The notes beneath the pieces are model-generated. The model ran no database searches, was not told the DNA's origin, and was given only the letters and a program-made list of their open reading frames with translations. Below, in pieces: positions 28,639 to 38,124 of a DNA stretch of 64,000 nt. Source of the stretch: Rhodothermaceae bacterium (GTDB lineage: Bacteria; Bacteroidota; Rhodothermia; Rhodothermales; Bin80); the NCBI GenBank assembly GCA_009841335.1, contig VXLY01000105.1, positions 4,136 through 68,135 of the forward strand, given 5' to 3'. How positions within the stretch are numbered: position 1 is the first letter of the stretch; every line of letters starts with the position of its first letter. The translations under genes and the position numbers were made by a program.

Positions 28639-31600
28639 CTGTTCTGTAAATGCTCGTCGACTGTATAGTATCCCTGCCTGGTCGCTGTACTGGCACGAAC
28701 GGACTCTACTTGGGCCGGCGTAATTGCTGAAGCCTGGTTCCCGAATGCATTGCGCACATAGGTCAGTACGGCAGCAACCTCATCGTTGCTCAGCAAATCC
28801 CGGAATGGTGTCATAGGCACCTGACCCGGATAACTCTCGCCCAACACTTCCATAGGTCCGATGAGACCATCCAATGTGACCTTGATCAGGCGCTCTGAAT
28901 CCCCCAATACCCAGTCTGTGCCGGCCAATGGAGGAAAGCCCGATGCCGGCAACCCCTTGCCATCGGGTCTATGGCAGGTAATGCAATACCCATCGCGCCC
29001 ATAAATCTCCTTACCAGCGGTGAATAGCTCCAGGTCCGAACCTTCCAGTTCAGGCATTTCCTCTTCGGGCCGATCAGACTGCACACGCTGACCTCGCAAA
29101 TGAGCTATTGCCGTTACGGAAACATTCATGTTCCACCTATCCAGTGTGCGCTGACTTGCCTTTTCAACAATGGGTAGTCCTTGTTCGGGTTCCAGCCAAG
29201 AAGCGGCCGCCATCACTTCGAGACGAACACGACCATTCGAATCATCTGCTGCTTCTGTAAGCAGTTCTATCTGCCTTCCCAGCTGTGGATTGTATCGAAG
29301 TACACGAACGGCAGCAGCACGAACCCGGAAATCACTCGCGCCCAACAACCGCTCCAACAGTGCTTCATCTACCTGATTCAATCCCCAAGTTACCCAAAGG
29401 GCCTCCAAAAGATGATGTTCGTACCTCTCGTCATCCGGGTCCAGATCTGCTATCCAGGTGTTCAAGCGAGGCAAGACCTCTGAGGGTGCACGACCGCGTA
29501 TTTCCCGACGCGTACGGTAACGGGTGCGATACTCCGGTAACGTCAAATTCTCCAGCAATTCTTCAATCGTGGCTCCTGCTACCCTGGCAGGCTCAACCAG
29601 AGGCCTTGACGGGTACGTTATTCGATAGATCCGGCCGTGCTCATGGTCGCGCAGGGGATCGCGCGCATTGTGCTGCATGTGACCAATCAGCACGTTGTGC
29701 CAGTCAACAAAGTAAAGCGAACCATCCGGGGCGAACTCCATATCCACAGGCCGGAAGTTCCCATCGGTACTCTGAACCAGATCATGTCGATGCGTACTGA
29801 TGTATCCAGTCCCATCATCCGCCATCGTATGCTGTTTCATTCCCAGGAATCCAATCGTGTTGTTGATCAACAGGTCCCCCTGCACCTCGTCTGGGAAATG
29901 TCGACTGTGAACGAATTCTAATCCCGAAGTGGGACGCACACGATGTGCATCCTCAATCAGGTTGTATGACTTATGTGTCGCCACACCATAACGTGGCTTC
30001 ACGGATCCGGGTGACATCCACCGTACATCTGGACCGGAAGTTTCCGCAAAAAAGGGCTGCCCCCATTCATCAAAAGCAATTCCCCAGGGATTGGGGATGA
30101 TCAGTTGCGCGGTACGCTCAAGGTGGCGTCGTTGCGGGTTGTAGCGATAGAATCCTCCATTCGTTCCTCGAACCGGACCATAAGATGTCTCCACATTTGA
30201 ATGCAAAAATACCCCTTCCCCCATATAAATGGCTCCGGATGGATCTGCCGCAAATGCACTGATTACATGGTGCGTATCGTGATCGTCAAAACCACTCAGT
30301 ATGATCTGCTGCGTGTCTGCATGATCATCCCCGTCGGTATCTGAAAGCAGTACTAGATTGGTACCCTGGCTTACATACACCCCTTCCGGAGCGAATTCGA
30401 ATCCAACCGGGAGATGCAGACCGTCTGCCCATACAATCTGCCGGTCTGCCTTTCCATCCTGATCTGTGTCTTCCAAGATCAGAAGCTTATCGTTGGGAGG
30501 CGAATCTCCCGGCCGCCAGTGCGGATAACTGGGCATAACCGATACCCACAGACGCCCCTGGTTATCAAATGACATCTGAACCGGATTCGCCAAGTCTGGA
30601 AACTCTACCTCTGATGCGAATAGTGCTACCTCATATCCCGGCGCAGAAGAAAGCGTCGCTAAGGCCTCCTCTCCATAACGATAACCAGGGTCCCCATTCT
30701 TGTTGCTAGGAGTATAGTTAGTAATCACCTCCGGCAACTCATGCGTCCGCGCATCGGCTGCTTCCACATCCATAGTGGTTCCCGCTAGAACCCGCCAAAT
30801 TGCGGTATCCCGAATCGCCGTCATCTGCCTAATCTTTTCCAGTTCTGCCGGATAGTTGTCCGGTCCGAACGGGTTATACCGACGCCCATACACATGCACG
30901 CCGTTCGGAATTTTGAAATCGTTGTGCCAGTGCCAATTCTTGTCCTTCACGGCGGCCAGCAAATGGACACGCTCCTGATCGTCAAGTACTCGACTACCCC
31001 CGAACAGTTGATCCGTCAGGCTTTCTGCCAACAAGACATATCCCTCTTCATTGAGCTGTGAACCGTCAATGGTAAGCGGCTCCGTCGTACGTCCATACCA
31101 CCTTCTAGAAGCAGAAAAGACGTCAGCAAAAGGGAGCCCCTGGCGCTGCGACACACGCTGAATGGCTTCTGTATAGGCCGCCAGATTAACATTCTCCTGC
31201 TTGCCGTCAGGAACATCCAATACGTGCGACAGATCCTCAAAACCTATTGGAGACACCAGCGCGAGACCAGGTGCGCCCTCTCCGTTGTAAGATTGGGAAA
31301 GCGTATGCTGGACGAACGCCTCCAGTTCTGCCTCAAACGCGTCTACTCCCTCAAGGCCTGCATAGGATTCGTTGAAGCCGAAGAATGCCACAATCACATC
31401 GGCCTGTAATCGCGTCAGCCACTCATCGGGAGTCTCGAAATGCCCCTGACTGTTGGAAGGCTGTGCCAATTCCGTGTAGAAGCTGTCTGCTCCAGGAAAA
31501 GCCCACGGAGAAACGCGGCCCGGATGCGGCCGAAAACCCGGAGTATTGCCTCCATCGCACATATTCCTGATGGTTAGCTTATACTCTGGAAACCGCTGAT

Positions 31601-31805
31601 GCAATTCCGTTTCAAAATGCCCGAAATTCATCATGCGCGAGCATAAATTGTTGCCAATTAGCACAATATGATCTCCTTCATTGATCGACTGCACTGGCCC
31701 CTGTGGATTAGATCCACACTGCACACAGAATATCACAAGTACAACCACAGCGCTGATACCTCCTTTGTGTAAGGCTATCTTCGATGTCTTAAGGGGAGTA
31801 GGCAT
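28635..31805 (-). CDS. PVC-type heme-binding protein: SGNH/GDSL-like domain, dehydrogenase-like beta-propeller, HEAT-like repeats, C-terminal cytochrome c
   Basis: IVLIGNNL (SGNH-like), LANPVQMSFDNQGRLWV, FRPVDMEFAPDGSLYFVDWHN, YCITCH heme motif. Confidence 0.85.
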   Translation of the reverse strand: MPTPLKTSKIALHKGGISAVVVLVIFCVQCGSNPQGPVQSINEGDHIVLIGNNLCSRMMNFGHFETELHQRFPEYKLTIRNMCDGGNTPGFRPHPGRVSPWAFPGADSFYTELAQPSNSQGHFETPDEWLTRLQADVIVAFFGFNESYAGLEGVDAFEAELEAFVQHTLSQSYNGEGAPGLALVSPIGFEDLSHVLDVPDGKQENVNLAAYTEAIQRVSQRQGLPFADVFSASRRWYGRTTEPLTIDGSQLNEEGYVLLAESLTDQLFGGSRVLDDQERVHLLAAVKDKNWHWHNDFKIPNGVHVYGRRYNPFGPDNYPAELEKIRQMTAIRDTAIWRVLAGTTMDVEAADARTHELPEVITNYTPSNKNGDPGYRYGEEALATLSSAPGYEVALFASEVEFPDLANPVQMSFDNQGRLWVSVMPSYPHWRPGDSPPNDKLLILEDTDQDGKADRQIVWADGLHLPVGFEFAPEGVYVSQGTNLVLLSDTDGDDHADTQQIILSGFDDHDTHHVISAFAADPSGAIYMGEGVFLHSNVETSYGPVRGTNGGFYRYNPQRRHLERTAQLIIPNPWGIAFDEWGQPFFAETSGPDVRWMSPGSVKPRYGVATHKSYNLIEDAHRVRPTSGLEFVHSRHFPDEVQGDLLINNTIGFLGMKQHTMADDGTGYISTHRHDLVQSTDGNFRPVDMEFAPDGSLYFVDWHNVLIGHMQHNARDPLRDHEHGRIYRITYPSRPLVEPARVAGATIEELLENLTLPEYRTRYRTRREIRGRAPSEVLPRLNTWIADLDPDDERYEHHLLEALWVTWGLNQVDEALLERLLGASDFRVRAAAVRVLRYNPQLGRQIELLTEAADDSNGRVRLEVMAAASWLEPEQGLPIVEKASQRTLDRWNMNVSVTAIAHLRGQRVQSDRPEEEMPELEGSDLELFTAGKEIYGRDGYCITCHRPDGKGLPASGFPPLAGTDWVLGDSERLIKVTLDGLIGPMEVLGESYPGQVPMTPFRDLLSNDEVAAVLTYVRNAFGNQASAITPAQVESVRASTATRQGYYTVDEHLQNR

Positions 31806-31942
31806 TTTTTAAGAATTTTTCCCAAGTTATCAAATTCCGTTATCAGGTGTTCCTGCGGATACAAAGATATTGACAGAATTCCTGATTTGAGAAAAAGGCC
31901 AAAACCGGATGTTTGATGACACGATGAGAATGAGCTATCAAC

Positions 31943-32413
31943 TCATTCTCCGTTGCTGAAACCAAACTCTTCGTGCAGCTTGGGCAGATTAAATTGTCCC
32001 CGACAACAAGAACGTAGATGGTTTCCTTTCGGAGGGAGTGCTCCGTGGATCACTTACATTCCCCTAGTCTCAAGAAATTCCGCCACAGGGACAAAATCCG
32101 CGTCGGAGGAAACCAGCCCGGCTACGTCGTAGTTGTTAACCCACACCAATTTGATCATATCTGCTGCCATGCGTACATCTATACCCTTCTCCTCCGTTCC
32201 ACGCATATCGGCACCGCTCTCTCGACAAACTTTCGTGATTTGATGACGTTGCGGACATTTACCAATGAAAGAACCTATTGACGTAAGATTTGGAATTGCG
32301 AGATGCAAATCGGTTGCCAGTAGTGATCCCCGTCTTGTGGACACGGTGGCTACCAGCCTTAAAACCATACATAACCGGTTCTGCCGCGAATATTGTGGAG
32401 AACCACAAAACAT
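31943..32413 (-). pseudogene. NYN (PIN-like) domain gene, C-terminal fragment with premature stop
   Basis: EEKGIDVRMAADM...LVSSDADFVPV. In-frame TAA at 32054-32056 is followed by continued NYN-like sequence VIHGALPPKG...FNLPKLHEEF to TGA at 31943-31945. Confidence 0.75.
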
Positions 32414-32679
32414 TTTACAATGCGAAAACGAAGAGACTCCGTGATACGATCATTTATCGCTCTGTTTTGTGCAGCTATGCTGATGTTTTTCGGCGGTAAT
32501 GCATGATCACAAAGCGATGTATCCGATAAAAAATGCAACCATAAATGTAGCTTTAAAGGATGCAGCGGCGGTCATAAGTCGTGCCGTGGTGCGAACGTCA
32601 GATGTTGCCACGTTGAAGATCTTCCCCGTACCACAGATGAAACATGGGGCGTATTATGTTTCGACAGCATATTTTAGTG

Positions 32680-32940
32680 ATGAAAGTAACTATTAAATCT
32701 CGTAAGGCTCGGAGGCTTTTTGCATCATTGACATTCGTATTAATTATTAGTCTATCGGGGTGGGCGTCCAATAATGCTGGACTTAGTATCGTCCCTGAAT
32801 GTTGTGACTCACGATCATGTCGTGCGGTGGGATGTGACGGGGGAAATATGATATGTGCAACTATGCCATGTCAGTGGTGTGTGGACATACCTCATTCAAT
32901 TTGCTTCCCATGGGTCCTGGTATATTCTAAGTGGGCATGA
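32680..32940 (+). CDS. Small putative secreted cysteine-rich peptide (8 Cys)
   Basis: Basic then hydrophobic N-terminus (MKVTIKSRKARRLFASLTFVLIISLSGWA), then ECCDSRSCRAVGCDGGNMICATMPCQWCVDIPHSIC. ATGA overlap with the next gene. Confidence 0.55.
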   Translation: MKVTIKSRKARRLFASLTFVLIISLSGWASNNAGLSIVPECCDSRSCRAVGCDGGNMICATMPCQWCVDIPHSICFPWVLVYSKWA

Positions 32941-33971
32941 CCTTAATGAACAGTAGAAACACTGTCCTGATCTGCTTTTTTGTTTTGTCCTGCAGTAGTG
33001 GCGAAGGCAAGGCTACCTTCGGAGAGTTTCTGCTTTTAGAAAAAGCTGAGGAGCAACAAACACAGGAAAGGGATTGGAAAAGTGTTTCTGTGAGTAGGAT
33101 GTTTGAGTTGCCTGCGGATGGGGAGGTTATGCTGTACAACCCCCAGTATATCATACCGGGCTCCAATGGAGATGTGTATGTTGTTGACTACGGGGTGTAT
33201 CAGATTTTTCGGTTTGATTCTGAGGGCAATTATATCATGTCCTATGGAAGTGGTGCTGGTCGTGCCCCCGGCGAATTTGTAAACATAACTAATGTTGAAG
33301 TCGCATCTGATTCGCTCATTTATGTAACAGATCCCGGCAACGCGAGAATTTCTTCTTTCTCAAAGGCGACAGGGAATTTTATAGATTCAAGAGTATTTGA
33401 CGGGCAGGATACTCCTTCCCGGCACGCCATAACGGATACAGGCATAGAGTACTTTTTCCGATCGTTTAATGAACTAGCCTTTGAATCTAATTTCAGGGAT
33501 AGATCGGTTGAATTTGGAGAATTAGTGGAAGGAGACCATTCCCTTTCTACGGCGGTGGCAGCTGGGATGATGGAAACGTATAAAGACTGGATGATTTTTG
33601 TTCCTTTTCGCTTTCCTGTAATTATGGTTTATGATGTGAATGGTAGTCTCGTTCGGGCAAAGAAGACAATGACCCTTGACAGGTTTGAAGAGCCCCAGCT
33701 AGTACAATATGTGATGAATGGAATTGAGAGCTATAGGATTGAAACCGATTTCAGGAATAGTTTCATAGTAAGTGTCGTGGGAGACGAATTGTTGCTTCAT
33801 TCCAGGAGCGATTCAGAAGATATGATTGTTGATGTATATGACGCTAGGTCGGTCGAGTACAAGTATTCATTTAGATTGGATTACTACCCGTCGCGTATAA
33901 CAAATGATCGAATGTATCAGTCAACCCGCGATGGCACTGTGATTGTCCATTCAATAAAAAGACCTTCTTAA
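32937..33971 (+). CDS. 6-bladed beta-propeller (NHL-like) lipoprotein
   Basis: Lipobox VLSC; VYVVDYG...FDSEGNYIMSYGSGAGRAPGEF...IYVTDPGN. Confidence 0.8.
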   Translation: MTLMNSRNTVLICFFVLSCSSGEGKATFGEFLLLEKAEEQQTQERDWKSVSVSRMFELPADGEVMLYNPQYIIPGSNGDVYVVDYGVYQIFRFDSEGNYIMSYGSGAGRAPGEFVNITNVEVASDSLIYVTDPGNARISSFSKATGNFIDSRVFDGQDTPSRHAITDTGIEYFFRSFNELAFESNFRDRSVEFGELVEGDHSLSTAVAAGMMETYKDWMIFVPFRFPVIMVYDVNGSLVRAKKTMTLDRFEEPQLVQYVMNGIESYRIETDFRNSFIVSVVGDELLLHSRSDSEDMIVDVYDARSVEYKYSFRLDYYPSRITNDRMYQSTRDGTVIVHSIKRPS

Positions 33972-34113
33972 GTCAAGGATGAGGTGGTGGGTATAGGTCT
34001 TTTACGAAAGAAAGTTTTTATACCTTGCCCCGCAAAGGCACACGTGCGAAAGATACGTCTGGATTTTGGTCCAGGCGAAATGCCGTTTTAGGATAGATTT
34101 TAGAGAAATTACA

Positions 34114-34471
34114 ATGAAGTATCTGGAATGGACAATGTATGCACTGGTAGTAGCGGCATTACTATTTTTCTCTTCAAGTGACTTTTTTTGCTAAGTCAAC
34201 TGATGGGCACGGCATTGTGGATACTCTTACAACTATGTTAGAGTATTTTCATGAGGACCTAGGTAGATTAGTGTTGATTGTGTTAACTCCTACCTGCCCA
34301 TATTGTCTGCAGAGTTATCCCTTTTACAGAACACTTATTGCAGAGAGAAGCAAAAATATCGGGGTATTCACCGGTATTGATCCAGGTATATCCATTGAAC
34401 TTCAAAGACGCATACTTCAGAAAGAAAATCTATCTGTTGATACATTGATTGCTCTGCCCAATCAGTGTTAA
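34114..34471 (+). pseudogene. Membrane-anchored thioredoxin-like (CPYC) protein, frameshifted in a T7 run and probably 3'-truncated
   Basis: The ATG 34114 frame encodes a hydrophobic leader that stops just after a 7-T run (34183-34189). Removing one T joins it to the frame encoding LIVLTPTCPYCLQSYPFY. Confidence 0.55.
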
Positions 34472-34535
34472 ATCCGTCGTCTCCGTCACGTATTAAGAGC
34501 TCATAATTCCAGTAGTCGAGAAAAACACGAACCCT
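34458..34535 (-). pseudogene. Probable N-terminal fragment of the NYN gene
   Basis: RVRVFLDYWNYELLIRDGDDGFNTDW resembles the first beta-strand (hFhD..N) of NYN domains. Same strand as the C-terminal fragment 2 kb away. Confidence 0.5.
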
Positions 34536-34589
34536 GCAACACGACCTATCCCATCTCCCAATCTCCATTAGAAATTCCCCCAAAAAGCG

Positions 34590-34612
34590 CAAGGACGCGT
34601 ATAGCGTCCTTG
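34590..34612. repeat. Perfect 9-bp stem hairpin CAAGGACGC-GTATA-GCGTCCTTG
   Basis: Read directly. On the minus strand it is followed by GCGCTTTTT (terminator-like). Confidence 0.6.
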
Positions 34613-34794
34613 GGGTTTGATCAGCCGGACCCCGATATAACCCCTTTCTGGGCAGCAGTCCGACGGGTTGGATTCGTACCGGTGTACGGTTCGACGGTTT
34701 ATTATGCAACAATGTTTCAGTATCCCTCTCTATACATTCAGTATTTTTTGATGTATGACACCACGCTAGCAATCTCTGACCCAACCTTTTAATA

Positions 34795-36157
34795 ATGCAA
34801 GACAGGCACCTCACACGCAGGTCATTCCTTCAAACTATATCTGCCAGTGCGATACTGGCAGGCAAGTTCGCCCCCCGTCAACAACCAAACATTGTTATGG
34901 TTGTCGTGGATGACCAAGGAACCAATGACGCTGGCTGTTACGGCAACCCCGTGATCAAGACACCGGGGTTGGACCTCCTGGCTGAAAACGGCACACGATT
35001 TACCCATGGCTTTTGTACTACGGCATCCTGTAGTGCCAGCCGATCTGTCATATTGAGCGGTCTCTATAACCATGCTAACGGGCAGTACGGCCATATGCAT
35101 GCTTTTCATCATTTCAAAACCTTTGACCATGTGCAATCGCTGCCAACGCTTCTAAATCGTGCGGGATACCGTACTGTAAGAACGGGCAAGTACCATGTTG
35201 CACCCCCCGTCTGTTTATGCGTTTGAGGAAGAGATTACGGCTTCCGGCACCTCACCTATGGAGCGCGCAGAGGCCTGTGCACCCATCTTTAATCAAGAAG
35301 ATGGCCGTCCTTTTTTCCTGTACTTCTGCACCAGGGAGCCGCACCGGCCCTTTGTACGAGACGGAAGTGATCCTGTATCGCCCGACGAGGTACTCGTGCC
35401 CGACTATTTACCGGATCTACCCGAAACTCGAAGAGAACTTGCGCGCTACTATATGTCCGTGCAACGTGCCGACCGCGGTCTCTTGCGTCTGATTGAACTC
35501 CTCCAGAGCTCGGGAAAATGGGAGAATACGGTCGTCGTGTTCATTTCTGACAACGGCGTAGCTTTTCCTGGAGCAAAGACCACGCTCTACGAGCCCGGTA
35601 TGCGTCTGCCATGCGTTATCAGGCGACCTGATGTAGCCCCTGGGGTCTGTGACGCTATGGTAACCTGGGCCGACCTGTCGCCAACGCTCCTGGATCTTGC
35701 CGGCGTGATCTCGGAAGCCCCCGCCATGCACGGGCGTAGCTTCAAGAATGCGATGATGCAAGGCTCCACCGAGGGATGGAATGAAGTCTTTGCTTCACAT
35801 ACCTTCCATGAGATTACAATGTACTACCCCATGCGAGTAGTCCGTGGACGACGCTACAAACTTATCTGGAATATTGCTCACGGCCTACCCTATCCCTTTG
35901 CCACCGATCTCTGGGCCTCAGAGACTTGGCAGGCTACACTCTCGAGAGGACTGACACACTACGGCAAACGCCCCGTTAAGGACTACCTTGAACGGCCGAG
36001 GTTTGAATTGTACGATCTTGTGAATGACCCGCACGAAGTCCATAATCTTGCCGGAGATCCTGCCCATCAGTCTATCTTGGAAGACTATCAGAATAGACTG
36101 CGCGCATATCAGCAGAAGACGGGCGATCCCTGGATTCTAAAATGGGAGTATGAGTAA
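34795..36157 (+). pseudogene. Sulfatase (heparan N-sulfatase/sulfamidase-like) split by a +1 frameshift in a C6 run
   Basis: 5' ORF has VVDDQG and CSASRSVILSG; 3' ORF has ISDNG, GAKTTLYEPG, ELYDLVNDPHE. Removing one C at 35203-35208 gives continuous KYHVAPPSVYAFEE. Confidence 0.85.
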
Positions 36158-36220
36158 ATTATGCACAGTAAGCGCGCAACTGCTAAATTCCTGTTTCTAC
36201 AGTCTGCTTTTACTTCGATC

Positions 36221-37066
36221 ATGATCAAGCGCACAGTTTTCCTGCTCCTACTGACCATACCTGCATATTTGGCAGCCGGCCAGGACGCCCCACGTCCAAC
36301 ACAGACTGTCCAACTCCTGGTCCCTCAATTGGAGACCAGCCCCAATATAGATGGGAGTTTGTCTGAGTGGAAAGACTTGGCGTTCACGGATGGAATCTGG
36401 GATATCTACCGTCTACGCCACACGTTCTGGTATGACGATGGCCGGCGTAACCGGCTCACGGACCATGGAAATGAGCCACACCCGGAGGATGACCTGCAAG
36501 CCCGGTACTATGTGGCCTGGGATGCTGAGCACCTATACTTTGGGGCCGAAGTGAAAGACAACGCCAACGATGTTGATGCTCCCGGGCAGGAGCCGCGCGC
36601 GTGGTACCTGCGTGATAGTATTTGTTTTTTTGTCGAGGCACCCCGGGACGAAGCTCCAGAATATTTTGGTCAGGGTGATAACGCATTCTGCTTTGTAGCA
36701 GACGCATCCCAACCGGATTATGCGGCATGGTGGCGGCACGGAACTGCCGAGGAGCGATACGTGGAGGAGCCAATCCCGTCAGAGGCCGTGTCATACGCCT
36801 TCCAATTCAACCCCTGGGGTACAGGAGAAGCCGATTTTGTGCTGGAAGCACGTGTCAGACTGGCTCCCACGCTGGGAGCCAGTGATCCTCGCTGGACACC
36901 TCCTCACGTTGGGGATGTTTATGGACTCGAAATTGTACATTGTGATCCAGATGGAGGCCCCTATGGCGGACATTTCATGATTTACGGCACCGGTGACGAC
37001 GACGCAACGTGGGGACGCATGGTCCTTACAGCCCCTCAGACACCTATTGAGCGCCGCACTGAATAG
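36221..37066 (+). CDS. Secreted CBM9/DOMON-like sugar-binding protein
   Basis: Signal peptide MIKRTVFLLLL; PNIDGSLSEW, VAWDAEHLYFGAEVKD. Confidence 0.7.
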   Translation: MIKRTVFLLLLTIPAYLAAGQDAPRPTQTVQLLVPQLETSPNIDGSLSEWKDLAFTDGIWDIYRLRHTFWYDDGRRNRLTDHGNEPHPEDDLQARYYVAWDAEHLYFGAEVKDNANDVDAPGQEPRAWYLRDSICFFVEAPRDEAPEYFGQGDNAFCFVADASQPDYAAWWRHGTAEERYVEEPIPSEAVSYAFQFNPWGTGEADFVLEARVRLAPTLGASDPRWTPPHVGDVYGLEIVHCDPDGGPYGGHFMIYGTGDDDATWGRMVLTAPQTPIERRTE

Positions 37067-37114
37067 GCCGCTTGACCGATTCTTTACTATCTTACCCTAA
37101 ACAACAACAAAGTC

Positions 37115-38113
37115 ATGCTTTCGCGACTAACCCTCTCAATTTTCTTATCCCTCATTGCGATCTCAGCCACTGCTCAGGATAATGTCTCCGCCTTTGAAGG
37201 TAGGTGGACCCTGTACCTGCCTGGTGGGGCTGGCTGGCTTGAAGTCACCCATGATCAGGGATTTGTAGATGCATCTCTTCTCTGGTACGGCGGCAGCGTA
37301 CTCCCCGTATCAAGTGTAAACGTCACCGGCGACATACTAACCGTCACAAGAATACAAGCCGTCAACAGAGAACTCGAAGACGGAAGTACACGGAGGCACA
37401 CCCTTACCAATACTTTTAAACTCAAGCCCAATGGCGATCACCTGACAGGTACGGCATATTTTCCAGCCCGATCCGCAATGGGTACCCGTATAATAGAATT
37501 TGAGGCAGTGCGGATTCCGGAACTGCCCCCTGCACCAGATCTCTCACAGGCAACCTATGGCGAACCCATTGATCTGTTCAATGGCGAAGATCTTACCGGA
37601 TGGAGTCTAATCAACAACCGGCAAACCAATGGCTTTAAAGCCGAGGATGGTATGCTCGTTAACGATCCGGTGCAACCGGAGAATGGTGAGCATGTCAGTT
37701 ACGGAAATCTACGTACCGATGCTACCTTTGAGGACTTTCGCCTGACGCTGGATGTGAATGTACCTAAGGGCAGCAACAGCGGTGTTTACCTTCGCGGCAT
37801 CTATGAAATTCAGGTTGCAGACACCTACGGAATGGACTTGGACAGTCATCACATGGGCGGCCTCTACAGCAGAATCAAACCCTCAGCCAGCGCGGAGAAG
37901 CCGGCCGGTGAATGGCAATCAATGGACATTACGCTCTATCAGCGCCACCTCACGGTGATTCTGAACGGAACGATGATCATTGACAATGAGCCTGTTCTCG
38001 GAGTGACTGGAGGTGCCATGACGGCTGATGAGGCCTCACCTGGCCCCATTTATCTTCAGGGAGATCACGGCCGTGTTCTGTACCGAAATCTCGTATTAAC
38101 TCCAATCATGTAA
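37115..38113 (+). CDS. DUF1080 (3-keto-disaccharide hydrolase family) secreted protein
   Basis: LFNGEDLTGW, NSGVYLRG..EIQV, GEWQSMDITL, IYLQGDHG...YRNL. Confidence 0.9.
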   Translation: MLSRLTLSIFLSLIAISATAQDNVSAFEGRWTLYLPGGAGWLEVTHDQGFVDASLLWYGGSVLPVSSVNVTGDILTVTRIQAVNRELEDGSTRRHTLTNTFKLKPNGDHLTGTAYFPARSAMGTRIIEFEAVRIPELPPAPDLSQATYGEPIDLFNGEDLTGWSLINNRQTNGFKAEDGMLVNDPVQPENGEHVSYGNLRTDATFEDFRLTLDVNVPKGSNSGVYLRGIYEIQVADTYGMDLDSHHMGGLYSRIKPSASAEKPAGEWQSMDITLYQRHLTVILNGTMIIDNEPVLGVTGGAMTADEASPGPIYLQGDHGRVLYRNLVLTPIM

Positions 38114-38124
38114 CCTCGGCGGCA

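Noticed and set aside
34660-34700. GTACGGTTCG resembling group II intron domain V or the tmRNA 5' end
   Set aside because: The catalytic-triad arm and the rest of the structure are absent.
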